From NCBI GenBank assembly GCA_043809085.1, contig JAZDEG010000010.1, positions 11,581 through 75,580 of the forward strand: DNA of 64,000 nucleotides, in the 5' to 3' direction. Within the stretch, counting starts at the first letter, position 1. Each line of letters begins with the position of its first letter. Source of the DNA: Pseudomonadota bacterium (GTDB lineage Bacteria; Desulfobacterota; Desulfobulbia; Desulfobulbales; SURF-16). The translations under genes were made by a program, and so were the position numbers. The notes under the pieces are model-generated. The model was not told the DNA's origin. It did no database searches and was given only the letters and a program-made list of their open reading frames with translations. Positions 25,397-37,433 of this stretch are shown one piece after another.

Positions 25397-25879
25397 ATGA
25401 AAGCTGAATTTATTAATCCTTTTTTGAACGCCACAAAAAATGTCCTTGAAACTATGTGTCAAACACAGGTGAAACCCAAAAAACCAAGCCTCAAGAGCAG
25501 CTCCTTGACCTATGGTGAAGTCACCGGCATTATCGGTATGGTTTCCGAAGAAATTACAGGGTGCATGATTCTCAGCTTTTCCAAGGAATGCATTCTTCAA
25601 GTGGTTGCCAACATGCTGATGGAACCTCCGAAGTCCAAGGTTGATGAAGAAATAATCGATGCCGTTGGTGAACTTACAAATATGATCTGCGGCGGGGCCA
25701 AGGCGCAACTCGCCAAAATTGACTATAAATTTGATCTTGCCACCCCTACTATGGTTGTCGGTAAAAATGTTGAAATTTCATATTACTCTGATGCGCCGAC
25801 CATCGTCATTCCATTCAGCACGGAACATGGAGAATTCGTTATTGAGGCAAACCTGGGATCAAAAAAAGGGAAGGGCTGA
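25397..25879 (+). CDS. cheX: CheX-like chemotaxis phosphatase
   Basis: 160 aa. The N-terminus INPFLNATKNVLETM and the motif AVGELTNMICGGAKAQL are typical of the CheX/CheC-like family. Confidence 0.75.
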   Translation: MKAEFINPFLNATKNVLETMCQTQVKPKKPSLKSSSLTYGEVTGIIGMVSEEITGCMILSFSKECILQVVANMLMEPPKSKVDEEIIDAVGELTNMICGGAKAQLAKIDYKFDLATPTMVVGKNVEISYYSDAPTIVIPFSTEHGEFVIEANLGSKKGKG

Positions 25880-25920
25880 TACGGAGAGATTTTTTTTGCT
25901 GTTAGATCGGAAATTTATAT

Positions 25921-25960
25921 AAAAAAAGGCCGCACTTTTTAAAAAGTGCGGCCTTTTTTT
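25921..25960. terminator. Bidirectional rho-independent terminator between cheX (+) and atpC (-)
   Basis: A7 (25921-25927), then a perfect stem ggccgcacttttt/aaaaagtgcggcc (25928-25953), then T7 (25954-25960). Confidence 0.9.
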
Positions 25961-25975
25961 ATTTCATGAGGCTTC

Positions 25976-26395
25976 TTATTTAGGAGCCTTTTCCGCGACC
26001 TTCAATCGAGCCAAGGCTCGATGCAGAGCTGCTTGAGCCCTGGTAAGATTGATTTTCTCCTGCTGGCCTTTTGCATCGGCAAGACGTTTTTCTGCACGTT
26101 CTTTCGCCCGAAGAGCCCTATCTACATCGATAAGATGTCCTGATTCGGCGGATTCAACAAGAAAAGTGATTTTATTATTTGACACCTCACAGAAACCACC
26201 ACTCACCATAAGATAGTTTTCCTTGCCGTCTTTCTTGTAGACAAGGCCCCCTATTTTAATGGTGCTGAGAAAGGGCGCGTGATTTGCCAGGACACCAAAG
26301 TCACCTCCGTAGCCTGGAGCGCTGACGATATCAACATCCTCGCTGACCACCGGACCTGATGGGGTGACTACTTCTAAATGTATAGTTTCAGCCAT
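25976..26395 (-). CDS. atpC: F1 ATP synthase epsilon subunit
   Basis: 139 aa starting [14 protein letters not shown]... It is the last gene of the atp operon after atpD. Confidence 0.9.
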   Translation of the reverse strand: MAETIHLEVVTPSGPVVSEDVDIVSAPGYGGDFGVLANHAPFLSTIKIGGLVYKKDGKENYLMVSGGFCEVSNNKITFLVESAESGHLIDVDRALRAKERAEKRLADAKGQQEKINLTRAQAALHRALARLKVAEKAPK

Positions 26396-26417
26396 TGGTC
26401 ATTCCCTTCTTTGATGA

Positions 26418-27851
<1,434 letters not shown>

Positions 27852-27915
27852 CTAGCAGCTTTAAAATTCTCTGTTCAAGAGGCTGAGCTCTTAAACTCTG
27901 AACTTTTCTTTTCTA

Positions 27916-28788
27916 TTAACCTTTAAGTGCCTCTGCACCGCCGACGATATCCATCAGTTCGCCGGTAATGGCTGACTGACGTGCCTTGTTGTAGATCCTG
28001 GTCAAGTTATCGATTATGTCTCTACATGCTTTCGTCGCATTATCCATTGCGGTCATACGGGCAGCATGCTCACTCGCCCCAACTTCCAGCATGGCGTTGT
28101 AAACCATGACGTTCATATAAAGTGGAAGCAGAACGTCCATGATTTCTTCAGGGCTCGGTTCCGTTATGTATGCGCCGGTCTGACCTTTCTTTTCAGTTTC
28201 CTGGGCCGCAACCGGTTTTACAGGTAAAAAATTCAAGGTAACCGGAGTCTGTCGGCCCACACTGATAAAACTGCCATAGACAATTTTCACTTCATCAGTT
28301 TCACCGGATATAAAGTTGGCTGCAACGTCCTGGGCAATTTCTCGGGCGTTGAACATCTGAAAATTGCCCATGATATCACGATAGACTTTGCGAACTTTTC
28401 CTGTTTTTTTGAAGTATTGCTGACCTTTTTTACCGACACAGACAAAGCTGACTTTTTTGCCTTCCGCTTCGTATTTCTGCATCAGTTTTTCAGCCATTCG
28501 TATGATATTGCTGTTAAAACTACCACACAGACCGCGATCGGATGTGACAATGACAATTTCAGCGGTTTTAACGTCACGCACCCTCATCAAAGGGAACTCG
28601 CTTGATTTCATGTTGCCACTGATGCTGCCAAGAGCTTCATTGAACTTGCCGGCATAAGGACGGAAATTTTCCATCTTCATCTGAGCGCCGCGCAATTTGG
28701 CCGCAGAGACCATGTTCATGGCCTTGGTGATCTGTGATGTCTTCTTTACACCAGATATCTGGCTCTTGACATCTTTTAGACTCGGCAT
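27916..28788 (-). CDS. atpG: F1 ATP synthase gamma subunit
   Basis: 290 aa. N-terminus MPSLKDVKSQISGVKKTSQITKAMNMVSAAKLR and C-terminus ITGELMDIVGGAEAL. Confidence 0.95.
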   Translation of the reverse strand: MPSLKDVKSQISGVKKTSQITKAMNMVSAAKLRGAQMKMENFRPYAGKFNEALGSISGNMKSSEFPLMRVRDVKTAEIVIVTSDRGLCGSFNSNIIRMAEKLMQKYEAEGKKVSFVCVGKKGQQYFKKTGKVRKVYRDIMGNFQMFNAREIAQDVAANFISGETDEVKIVYGSFISVGRQTPVTLNFLPVKPVAAQETEKKGQTGAYITEPSPEEIMDVLLPLYMNVMVYNAMLEVGASEHAARMTAMDNATKACRDIIDNLTRIYNKARQSAITGELMDIVGGAEALKG

Positions 28789-28808
28789 GATTCTCTACTC
28801 CTGGTTTA

Positions 28809-30329
28809 TTAGATTCCTTTGGATGCCTTGAATGTATCGGTAAAGGCCTTGATGGTGCTGTGCATTTTTGCTTCAAGGTCTTTGTCGATTACCTTTTTCT
28901 CCTTGAGGGTGTCAAAGATGTCCGGAGCATTCGCGGCTATGTAAGAATACATGTCAGCTTCATAATCAGCAAGGGTCGTCAAAGGCAGCGTGTCCAGATA
29001 GCCTTTGGTGCCCGCAAAAATAATGGAAACCTGTTTTTCCATGGGCAGCGGCTGATACTGAGGTTGCTTGAGAATTTCAACCAGACGCGCGCCGCGGGTA
29101 AGCTGAGCCTGGGTTGCGGCGTCAAGATCCGAACCGAATCCGGCGAACGCCGCAAGCTCACGATACTGGGCAAGGTCAAGGCGGAGTGTACCGGCTACCT
29201 GTTTCATTGCTTTAACCTGAGCGGCGCCACCAACCCTTGATACAGAAAGACCGACGTTAATTGCCGGACGAACACCGGAGAAAAAGAGGTTCGGCTCAAG
29301 ATAAACCTGACCATCGGTAATGGAAATAACGTTGGTCGGAATAAAGGCGGAAACGTCACCGGCCTGGGTTTCAATAATCGGCAGAGCGGTCAGAGATCCG
29401 GCGCCCAGTTCATCGTTTACTTTTGATGCACGCTCGAGCAGGCGGGAATGGTTGAAGAAGATGTCACCGGGGAATGCTTCACGTCCCGGTGGGCGACGGA
29501 GCAGAAGTGAAAGCTCACGGTAGGAGACAGCCTGTTTTGAAAGGTCATCATAAATAATCAGCGCGTGCTGGCCGTTATCGCGATAATATTCACCCATGGC
29601 GCAACCGGCAAATGCCGCGATATACTGCATCGGCGCGGGATCGGAAGCGCAGGCCGCTACAACCGTAGTGTATTCCATGGCACCGTGTTTTCTGAGCGCC
29701 TCTACAACAAGGGCCACCGTGGATTTCTTCTGGCCGATGGCAACGTAGATGCAATGCATGTCGGTTTCTTTCTGGGCAATGATGGCATCAACACAGAGAG
29801 CTGTCTTGCCGATCTGACGGTCGCCGATGATGAGCTCACGCTGGCCGCGGCCAACCGGAGTCATGGCGTCAACAGCCTTACTGCCGGTGTAGCAGGGCTC
29901 GTGAACACCCTTTCTGGCGATAACGCCGGGAGCAAGAACCTCCATTTTCGAGGAGAGCTTTGCGTTGATGGGGCCCTGGCCGTCAATGGGAGTACCAACG
30001 CCGTCGACAACCCGGCCTTCCATTTCAGGACCAACCGGAACCTCGGCGATCTTGCCGGTACGTTTTACGATATCGCCTTCCTTGATGTGCTTAACATCGC
30101 CGAAGATAGCGCAACCGACGTTGTCCGCCTCCAGGTTGAGGGCGAGTCCGAGGATTCCGTTAGGAAATTCCAGGAGCTCCATTGCCATGCAGTTTTCAAC
30201 TCCATGGACCCTAGCAATACCATCACCAACTGAAATGACGGTTCCAGTTTCACTCAGATCAACTTTTGTTTCGTAGTCTTTGATCTGTCCCTTGATAATC
30301 TGACTGATTTCTTCAGCTTTAATTTGCAT
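28809..30329 (-). CDS. atpA: F1 ATP synthase alpha subunit
   Basis: 506 aa starting [13 protein letters not shown], with Walker [10 protein letters not shown]. Confidence 0.97.
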   Translation of the reverse strand: MQIKAEEISQIIKGQIKDYETKVDLSETGTVISVGDGIARVHGVENCMAMELLEFPNGILGLALNLEADNVGCAIFGDVKHIKEGDIVKRTGKIAEVPVGPEMEGRVVDGVGTPIDGQGPINAKLSSKMEVLAPGVIARKGVHEPCYTGSKAVDAMTPVGRGQRELIIGDRQIGKTALCVDAIIAQKETDMHCIYVAIGQKKSTVALVVEALRKHGAMEYTTVVAACASDPAPMQYIAAFAGCAMGEYYRDNGQHALIIYDDLSKQAVSYRELSLLLRRPPGREAFPGDIFFNHSRLLERASKVNDELGAGSLTALPIIETQAGDVSAFIPTNVISITDGQVYLEPNLFFSGVRPAINVGLSVSRVGGAAQVKAMKQVAGTLRLDLAQYRELAAFAGFGSDLDAATQAQLTRGARLVEILKQPQYQPLPMEKQVSIIFAGTKGYLDTLPLTTLADYEADMYSYIAANAPDIFDTLKEKKVIDKDLEAKMHSTIKAFTDTFKASKGI

Positions 30330-30332
30330 TGC

Positions 30333-30878
30333 TTATTCACTCCCTTTGATGGACTCTTTTAAACCCTCAAGCTGCGTTTTGATACTGCCGTCCAGAATAA
30401 GATCTCCTACCTTTGCGATCATACCGCCGATAATGGAAGGATCTATCTTGGTTTTCAAAACAACCTGCTTGCCTGTTATCTTTTCCAAAGTTGCTTTTGT
30501 TTTTTCCTGCAGTACCGGCTGTAATTCCTTAGCCGTAATGACCAGTCCCTGACAGACATTGCGTTCCGCATCTACCATGGCCTGAAAGGTTTCGGCTATT
30601 TCGGGAAGAACATTCACCCTGTTTTTATGTGCCAGCAGGTTGAGGAAATTTGACATGATCGGCGAAACATCTGCCGATTTGACTATTTCCGCCATAACCT
30701 TGGCACGGACATCGGCAGGATACATGATATTTGTCAAACCGTCGCGCACCTCAGGGGTTGTCACGTACAGCTCTGCAAAACTCTGCAATGTTTTCTCATA
30801 TTCATCCAGGGCGTTTTCCTCTTTGCCCACTGCAAACAAGGCCTTGGAATAACGTTTGGCCAGAATGTCATTTTTCAT
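30333..30878 (-). CDS. atpH: F1 ATP synthase delta (OSCP) subunit
   Basis: 181 aa. The N-terminus LAKRYSKALFAVG is typical of OSCP. The start overlaps the atpF stop by 1 nt (TAATG). Confidence 0.9.
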   Translation of the reverse strand: MKNDILAKRYSKALFAVGKEENALDEYEKTLQSFAELYVTTPEVRDGLTNIMYPADVRAKVMAEIVKSADVSPIMSNFLNLLAHKNRVNVLPEIAETFQAMVDAERNVCQGLVITAKELQPVLQEKTKATLEKITGKQVVLKTKIDPSIIGGMIAKVGDLILDGSIKTQLEGLKESIKGSE

Positions 30879-31555
30879 TATTTCAGACCTCCCACCTTGG
30901 TCAGATAATCTTCAACCAGTTTGTCCTGGTCAGAGTCCTGGAGATTTTTCTTGATAATCTCTTCAGCCATGACCGCTGCCTGCTCAGCGATCTCATTTTT
31001 CAAGCGGCGCCTTGCTTCAGTGATTTCGGTCTGGACCGACATTTCCGCCTGGCGCTTGATATTTTCAGCAGCTTTGTTGGCCTCATCGATGATGCGGGCT
31101 TTTTCTGTCTGGCCAGCGGCAATGGCCTTTTCAACCATATCTTTCAGTTCAGCGTCGATGCCTGCAAGCTTTGCCTCATATTCCTTGTACCGGCGCTCAG
31201 CCTCGGCACGGCGTGTTTCAAGATCCTCAAACTCGGCGGCAATGGTCTGCTGCCTGCCCTTGAGGGCGTCAACAAGAGGTTTTTTCAGGAATTTGATCAA
31301 AATGACCATCAGGGCGGCAAAGTTCATTACCCGCCACATGAGATCTTTCAGCTTTTCCGGAGACAAGCTTCGCGACATACCGCCGCCGTGACCGCCGCCG
31401 TGGGCCTCACCAGCCGCTGCCATTGCATCATGACCGGCAGCTGCGGCGGCATGCGGGTCGCCGCCTGAAGCGTAGATAATTCCCGCTGTGCCGGCAACAA
31501 CCGTAAGCGCCAAAGCCGCAAGGGCAATCTTTGACCACTTAATATTCTTTTTCAT
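30878..31555 (-). CDS. atpF: F0 ATP synthase b subunit with an unusual N-terminal extension
   Basis: I chose ATG 31555 (MKKNIKWSKIALAALAL...), which is 2 nt after the b-prime stop, rather than the track start at 31609. It has a TM segment VMNFAALMVILIKFL and a long charged coiled-coil region. It also has an extra hydrophobic N-terminal segment plus a His/Gly/Ala-rich insert. Confidence 0.8.
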   Translation of the reverse strand: MKKNIKWSKIALAALALTVVAGTAGIIYASGGDPHAAAAAGHDAMAAAGEAHGGGHGGGMSRSLSPEKLKDLMWRVMNFAALMVILIKFLKKPLVDALKGRQQTIAAEFEDLETRRAEAERRYKEYEAKLAGIDAELKDMVEKAIAAGQTEKARIIDEANKAAENIKRQAEMSVQTEITEARRRLKNEIAEQAAVMAEEIIKKNLQDSDQDKLVEDYLTKVGGLK

Positions 31556-31556
31556 C

Positions 31557-31982
31557 TTACAGTGCCCTCCCGAGTACCTTTCCCGCCATTTCTGTGGCAA
31601 AACCCTCAATTTGTCCCTTTAAAGACTGTTCAGCGGCCTGAACATCAGAGGCCACGGTGCGCAGCTGATCAGCCTTCGCCTTATCAGACGTCTCACGGAT
31701 TTTCTTCAGAGACTCTGCGCCAGCGGTCTGAGCTTCGTTTTTCGCGGTATCGAACTCACTCTTAGCTTTGCGTCGCGCATCGTTCAATTTCTGGTCGAAT
31801 TGTTCTGCGCGTAACGCGGCATTTTTATGGAATTCGTCGATATCGCTGTTCAGGTTCGCGATTTTCACTTTCCGTTCTGCAAGAATTTTCCTCACAGGGC
31901 GGTAAAGTACTGCGTTTAGCACCACTATCAGAACAAGGATGTTCAAAATGTGGATCGGCATGGTGATGTCAACTGTAATCAT
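31557..31982 (-). CDS. F0 ATP synthase b-prime subunit
   Basis: 141 aa with an N-terminal TM segment (ILNILVLIVVLNAVLY) followed by a charged helical region. It is the first gene of the atp block. No a, c or I genes lie upstream. Confidence 0.8.
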   Translation of the reverse strand: MITVDITMPIHILNILVLIVVLNAVLYRPVRKILAERKVKIANLNSDIDEFHKNAALRAEQFDQKLNDARRKAKSEFDTAKNEAQTAGAESLKKIRETSDKAKADQLRTVASDVQAAEQSLKGQIEGFATEMAGKVLGRAL

Positions 31983-32215
31983 TTAGCGCCCCCTCTTATG
32001 AGTTTATGTATAAAAATTTTGCAAAAAATGAATAGTCCTTCAGTAAAACACTGGTCTGTCTACTACATTCTTTTTTGGCTGTCAACTTTTTTTAAGCGCC
32101 ATTTTTTCGAATATTTCGCCTAAAATTCTGTACATTTACCTAATTATCACGATTCGAATTTTTTTTAGTGTTACAAAGTGTCTTTCAAAAGTATGAAAAT
32201 TATGAATACCGATTT

Positions 32216-34870
32216 TTATGACAATAGTGATTTGACAATGTCATAGACGCCTTCCAGCGCCTCGGGCAGCTTGTCCGGCATTGTTCCCCCTGCCTGTGCC
32301 ATATCAGGGCGACCACCGCCGCCGCCGCCCACCTTGCCTGCAACTTCCTTGATAATATTTCCCGCCTGTATCCTTCCGGTCAGGTCTTTGGTGACAATGG
32401 CCAGAAGCGACACTTTGTCGTTTAATATACCGCCGAGAACCGCTACACCGCTCCCAAGCTTGTCTCGCACCTTGTCACCGACCTCACGCATGGTTTTTGC
32501 CGAATCAAGAGGAACCTGGATGGAAACGACTCTTACCCCTCCAACTGTTTTTCCTCCAGCAAGCAGGGAGTCCAGGTTGGAAAGCGACAGTCGGGCATTG
32601 AGTTGCCCCACATCTTTTTCCAGCTCCTTGACCCGGGACATCATCTTCTCTATCCGGCCGACCGCTTCATCTGGGGTGCAGCGCAGCAGATCATCTATGG
32701 CCGCTAGTTTTTCCTCATTTTTCTGAAAGATCTGCAATGCCCTGGCAGAAGTCACCGCCTCAATGCGCCTGATTCCGGCGGCAATACCGCTTTCACCTAC
32801 GATCTTCAGCAGGCCTATTTCCCCGGTAGCCCCAACATGAGTGCCGCCACACAGCTCCTTGCTGAAGGTGTCGATGGAGACAACCCGGACCGTACCGCCA
32901 TATTTTTCCCCGAAAAGAGCGGTGGCGCCGGACTGAAGAGCCTCTTCCCGGCTCAGGTTTTCAACGTTGAGATCGCTGTTTGCCCGAATCGCCTGATTGA
33001 CGATATTCTCAATTTTTTTCAATTCCTCGACAGAGATGGGAGAGAAATGGGTGAAGTCAAAGCGCAGCCTCTCCTCATCCACCAGAGAGCCGGCCTGCTT
33101 GACATGATCGCCGAGCACCTGTTTTAAGGCAGCGTGCAGGAGATGAGTCGCCGTGTGGTTGCAGGCAATGGATTGACGCCGCTCGTCGGTGACGACCAGT
33201 TCCGCTTCATCACCGCACTGCAGGAAACCTTTGCTGATTTCCCCCTTGTGAAGAATGATTCCATCCCCGGCTTTCATTGTATCGATGATTTCGGCCGAAC
33301 CACAAGGCGTGTTTATGGTTCCATGGTCACCTATCTGGCCGCCTGATTCCGCGTAGAAGGGAGTCTCCCGGCTGACAAGCAGCACCTTGCCGCCAAGGTC
33401 CGCCCGTTGGACGGACTCCCCTTTTTCGTTGATAATGGCGATAAGTTCCGAGCGATGATTTTTTTTCCCATAGCCGACAAAGGCGGTCGTGACACCGGCG
33501 TTGATGAGTGATTTGATACCAGGGCCGACTTCGGCAAGCCCACTTCCTTTCCAGGATTTTCGTGACTGTTGCCGCTGGTTTTCCATGGCACTGTTGTAGC
33601 CGTTCTCATCGATGGTGTAACCTTCCTCGATCGCCACATCACGGACGATATCCACCGGGAAACCAAAGGTGTCATAGAGTTTGAAGATAAAATCGCCGGA
33701 TATAATCTTCTGACCCGCCTTTTTCAAGCCGTGCATCTCTTTGGCCAGCATTTCAAGTCCGTTATCCAGTGTTTCAAGGAAACGTTCTTCTTCGTTGGTG
33801 ACAACCTGGACGAGCAACCCGGTGGAATTATGGAGGTGGGGGTAGGCATGGGCCATCTCCTGCACGACTTTTTTCGTGATGGAACTTAAAAAAGGGCGGG
33901 TCAGGCCGAGGGTTCGACCGAAACGGATGGCTCGTCGCATGATGCGGCGCAGCACATAACCGCGACCTTCGTTGGAGGGCAGTACGCCGTCCGCCACCAG
34001 AAAGGAAGTGGTACGACTGTGATCGGCAATAACCCGCAGAGCCGTGTCAGTGCGGGCATCCCGTCCGTAAGAAGTGCCGGCCACTCTGGCTATCTCCATG
34101 ATGATACCGGTAAAAAGGTCGGAGTCATAGTTGCTGTGCACACCCTGGATGACCGCGGCAATTCGCTCAAGTCCCATGCCGGTATCAATACTCGGTTTGG
34201 GCAGTGGGGCCATGGTGCCGTCCGCGCTCCGCTCAAACTGCATGAAAACAAGGTTCCACAGTTCAAGAAAACGGTCACAGTCACAGCCCACCGCACAGTC
34301 CGTCCGTCCACAGCCTACTTCCGGACCCTGATCAATGTGGATTTCCGAACAGGGGCCGCAGGGACCGGTATCACCCATTGCCCAGAAATTATCCTTGGCG
34401 CCGAGCCGTATGATCCGGCCTTTCGGCAGGTCATCAATTTTTTCCCATAAGGAGTATGCCTCATCGTCGTCCTCAAAAACGGAAACCCAGAGTTTTTCAG
34501 GCGGCAGGCCGAGTTCTTTTGTCAGAAATTCCCAGCCGTAACGGATGGCATCGTCCTTGAAATAATCGCCAAAGGAAAAATTGCCCAGCATTTCAAAAAA
34601 GGTGTGGTGCCGGGCGGTATATCCAACGTTGTCCAGATCGTTATGTTTACCGCCGGCCCGGACGCATCGCTGGCAGCTTGCTGCGCGGATATAGTCCCTT
34701 TTCTCTTCGCCGGTGAAAAGGCGTTTGAATTGCACCATGCCGGCATTGGTAAAGAGCAGGGTAGGGTCCTCTATGGGCACCAGGGCGGAGCTTTCAACAA
34801 TGGTGTGGCCTTTGGCGGCGAAGTAGGACAGAAATTTCTTCCGAATATCGTTTCCAGTCATGGTTATCAA
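32216..34870 (-). CDS. alaS: Alanine--tRNA ligase
   Basis: 884 aa with IRKKFLSYFAAKGH, the editing-domain HxxxH motif (NHTATHLLH) and CGGTHV. The true start is probably ATG 34861 (MTGNDIRKKF). Confidence 0.97.
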   Translation of the reverse strand: MITMTGNDIRKKFLSYFAAKGHTIVESSALVPIEDPTLLFTNAGMVQFKRLFTGEEKRDYIRAASCQRCVRAGGKHNDLDNVGYTARHHTFFEMLGNFSFGDYFKDDAIRYGWEFLTKELGLPPEKLWVSVFEDDDEAYSLWEKIDDLPKGRIIRLGAKDNFWAMGDTGPCGPCSEIHIDQGPEVGCGRTDCAVGCDCDRFLELWNLVFMQFERSADGTMAPLPKPSIDTGMGLERIAAVIQGVHSNYDSDLFTGIIMEIARVAGTSYGRDARTDTALRVIADHSRTTSFLVADGVLPSNEGRGYVLRRIMRRAIRFGRTLGLTRPFLSSITKKVVQEMAHAYPHLHNSTGLLVQVVTNEEERFLETLDNGLEMLAKEMHGLKKAGQKIISGDFIFKLYDTFGFPVDIVRDVAIEEGYTIDENGYNSAMENQRQQSRKSWKGSGLAEVGPGIKSLINAGVTTAFVGYGKKNHRSELIAIINEKGESVQRADLGGKVLLVSRETPFYAESGGQIGDHGTINTPCGSAEIIDTMKAGDGIILHKGEISKGFLQCGDEAELVVTDERRQSIACNHTATHLLHAALKQVLGDHVKQAGSLVDEERLRFDFTHFSPISVEELKKIENIVNQAIRANSDLNVENLSREEALQSGATALFGEKYGGTVRVVSIDTFSKELCGGTHVGATGEIGLLKIVGESGIAAGIRRIEAVTSARALQIFQKNEEKLAAIDDLLRCTPDEAVGRIEKMMSRVKELEKDVGQLNARLSLSNLDSLLAGGKTVGGVRVVSIQVPLDSAKTMREVGDKVRDKLGSGVAVLGGILNDKVSLLAIVTKDLTGRIQAGNIIKEVAGKVGGGGGGRPDMAQAGGTMPDKLPEALEGVYDIVKSLLS

Positions 34871-35018
34871 AATTTTCAGGTTATGAGAAAATGAAAACCG
34901 GCGCTGTCAAAAACATTAATGCCGATTTTTGTTGTAAAAACTAAAGAATTTAACGCACAATGTGCGTCTATGGAGACTTTTCAGGAGTCCGTCATCCATG
35001 CTCATGTCCGGGCACAAT

Positions 35019-36065
35019 TCAGGCAGCCGGAATTGCCTCTGCCGCTGCGGTCTTCGGCTCTTCCCCAGGCAAGGCAAGGCCGTAACCCATCCGGACCTTG
35101 CGGTCGATTTCCGCCATCATTTCAGGCCGCTCCTTGAGGAAATCCTTGGCGTTTTCCCGACCTTGGCCGATGCGTTCGTTGCCGTAGGAATACCAAGCGC
35201 CGCTCTTCTCGACAATGTTCTCTTCCACCGCCAGATCAAGGAGATCCCCTGCCTTGGAAATACCCTCACCGTATACGATATCGAATTCCGCCGTCTTGAA
35301 AGGAGGCGCAACCTTGTTTTTCACGATTTTGACCTTGGTGCGGTTACCGATGACATCCTGTCCGTCTTTGATAGGTGTCTGCTTGCGGATATCAAATCGC
35401 ATGGATGCATAAAATTTAAGCGCGGTGCCGCCGGTGGTGGTTTCCGGGTTGCCGAACATCACCCCGATTTTCATGCGGATCTGGTTGATGAATATAAGAG
35501 CGGTGTTGGTTTTTTTCAGAATGCCGGTCAGTTTGCGCATGGCCTGCGACATCAGTCGGGCCTGCAGGCCCATATGGGAATCGCCGATATTACCGTCGAT
35601 TTCCGCCTTGGGCACCAGGGCGGCCACTGAGTCGATGACGATGACGTCCACCGCTGCGCTGCGGATAAGGAGTTCGGTAATTTCCAGGGCCTGTTCGCCG
35701 AAGTCGGGTTGGGATACAAGCAGGTCGTCGGTGTTGACGCCGAGACGGGCCGCATAATGGATATCAAGGGCATGTTCAGCGTCGATAAAGGCTGCGGTGC
35801 CGCCGATCTTCTGTGCTTCGGCAATGACATGCAGGGCCAGGGTCGTTTTCCCCGAAGACTCGGGGCCGAATATTTCCGTAATCCTGCCTCTGGGGAAACC
35901 GCCCACCCCGGTTGCGATGTCAAGGCTCAAGGTGCCGGTGGGGATGACCGGAACGGCTTCGGTTTCATTCGACCCGAGCCGCATGATCGATCCTTTGCCG
36001 AACTGTTTTTGTATCTGTAATATCGCTGAATCAAGTGTTTTGCTTTTGCCTTCAGAGATGGCCAT
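35019..36065 (-). CDS. recA: Recombinase RecA
   Basis: 348 aa with Walker [14 protein letters not shown]2-loop-type motifs and [19 protein letters not shown]. Confidence 0.98.
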   Translation of the reverse strand: MAISEGKSKTLDSAILQIQKQFGKGSIMRLGSNETEAVPVIPTGTLSLDIATGVGGFPRGRITEIFGPESSGKTTLALHVIAEAQKIGGTAAFIDAEHALDIHYAARLGVNTDDLLVSQPDFGEQALEITELLIRSAAVDVIVIDSVAALVPKAEIDGNIGDSHMGLQARLMSQAMRKLTGILKKTNTALIFINQIRMKIGVMFGNPETTTGGTALKFYASMRFDIRKQTPIKDGQDVIGNRTKVKIVKNKVAPPFKTAEFDIVYGEGISKAGDLLDLAVEENIVEKSGAWYSYGNERIGQGRENAKDFLKERPEMMAEIDRKVRMGYGLALPGEEPKTAAAEAIPAA

Positions 36066-36179
36066 GTTGTTCGCTCCTGCTCTGCTGTTTCTGAAAAAGA
36101 GGGATTCTTTCTCCCCCGCCTTTTTTCTTGTGTTTCATTGCTCAACGATTGCCTGGCGCAAAGGGTGAAACCGTCATCA

Positions 36180-37433
36180 CTACCAGCCGTTATCAAGAAA
36201 GTCAAGCCCATGAAGATGACGGCGCAAAAGATCAAGACCCGTCATGGCGGCTTTGGTCTGAATCATAGTGCGGTTTCCGGAAAAATAGTATCGCAGGGAG
36301 ACGATTTTTTCCTGCCCGGCAATGGCGAAACAGACGGTGCCAACCGGTTTGTCGAGGCTGCCCCCGCCGGGTCCCGCGATACCTGTTATGGAAATTCCTA
36401 TGTCAGCCCCGCTTATTTTTTTGGCTCCCAGCGCCATTTCCGTGGCCGTTTCCCTGCTCACCGCACCGAAGTCGCGCAGGGTCGCATTTCTGACGCCGAG
36501 CACCTGTTCTTTTAAGGAGTTGGCGTAGGCGACAATCCCGCCCAGGAAATAATCCGAGCTGCCGACAATGAGTGTGATGTGGTGCGCCATCAAACCACCG
36601 GTACAGGATTCGGCAAGGGCAAGGGTCAGTCCCTTTTCTTTGAGGATGCGACCGACTATGGTTTCCAGGGGATTATTTTCATCGTCATAGATGCAGCAAC
36701 CGAGGATTTCCCGGATGGAGGACTCGCCCAGCCGGAATCGATCAGCGGTTTCATCAGGTGTTTTTCCCCGTACCGTCAGGCTGACATGAACCTCGGCGGC
36801 GTTGGGATAATAGCCGATGCGCAATTTCTGGTTGCTTTTTTCAAAATCAGCCAGCTTTTCCTGTACCAGAGGTTCAGGCAAGCCGAAGACCTTAAATACT
36901 TTCTGTTTTACCAGGGAGATGTTTGTCCCCCCCCAAGAGGCAAGACGGGGAATAACCCGGTCGAGCATCAGTTCCCGCATCTGATGGGGAACCCCGGGCA
37001 GAAAAAAAATCGGCTTGTCATGGTAAATGAGCATGTAGCCTGCGATCTTATCCCCAGGCTTGAGGATTTCCGCGCCAGAAGGAAGCCAGGCCAGCTTTTC
37101 CAGGGACGGCATTTCCTTAAAAGATTCAGATTGCTTGATTTTCTCAAATATTTCCGGGTAGAGAATGGTCGGCAGGTTGAGGGCATCCGCCACCGCCTGG
37201 TTGGTCATGTCGTCATTGGTGGGGCCGAGCCCGCCGGTGACCACGACAAAATCGGCCCGCTCGATGCTTTCCCGCAGGGCCTTGCCGATCATCTGCGGTT
37301 CATCGCCGATGGTTGCCATGGCGGTGATTTCATGGCCCGCGCCATAGAGATGGCTTGCGGCAAAATAGCTGGTTGAGTTGAGGATTCTGCCGGAGGTCAG
37401 CTCATTGCCGATGGCGATAATTTCTCCAATCAT
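36180..37433 (-). CDS. cinA: CinA-family protein (MoCF-binding domain plus PncC-type nicotinamide-nucleotide amidase domain)
   Basis: 417 aa. N-terminus: IIAIGNELTSGRILNSTS...VVVTGGLGPTNDDMT. C-terminus: LALAESCTGGL...GISITGIAGPGGG. Confidence 0.9.
   Translation of the reverse strand: MIGEIIAIGNELTSGRILNSTSYFAASHLYGAGHEITAMATIGDEPQMIGKALRESIERADFVVVTGGLGPTNDDMTNQAVADALNLPTILYPEIFEKIKQSESFKEMPSLEKLAWLPSGAEILKPGDKIAGYMLIYHDKPIFFLPGVPHQMRELMLDRVIPRLASWGGTNISLVKQKVFKVFGLPEPLVQEKLADFEKSNQKLRIGYYPNAAEVHVSLTVRGKTPDETADRFRLGESSIREILGCCIYDDENNPLETIVGRILKEKGLTLALAESCTGGLMAHHITLIVGSSDYFLGGIVAYANSLKEQVLGVRNATLRDFGAVSRETATEMALGAKKISGADIGISITGIAGPGGGSLDKPVGTVCFAIAGQEKIVSLRYYFSGNRTMIQTKAAMTGLDLLRRHLHGLDFLDNGW

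Noticed and set aside
31556-31609. 18-codon N-terminal extension of atpF in the ORF track (start at 31609)
   Set aside because: The extension would overlap the 3' end of the b-prime gene by 53 nt. ATG 31555 sits 2 nt after the b-prime stop and gives a sensible N-terminus (MKKNIKW...).
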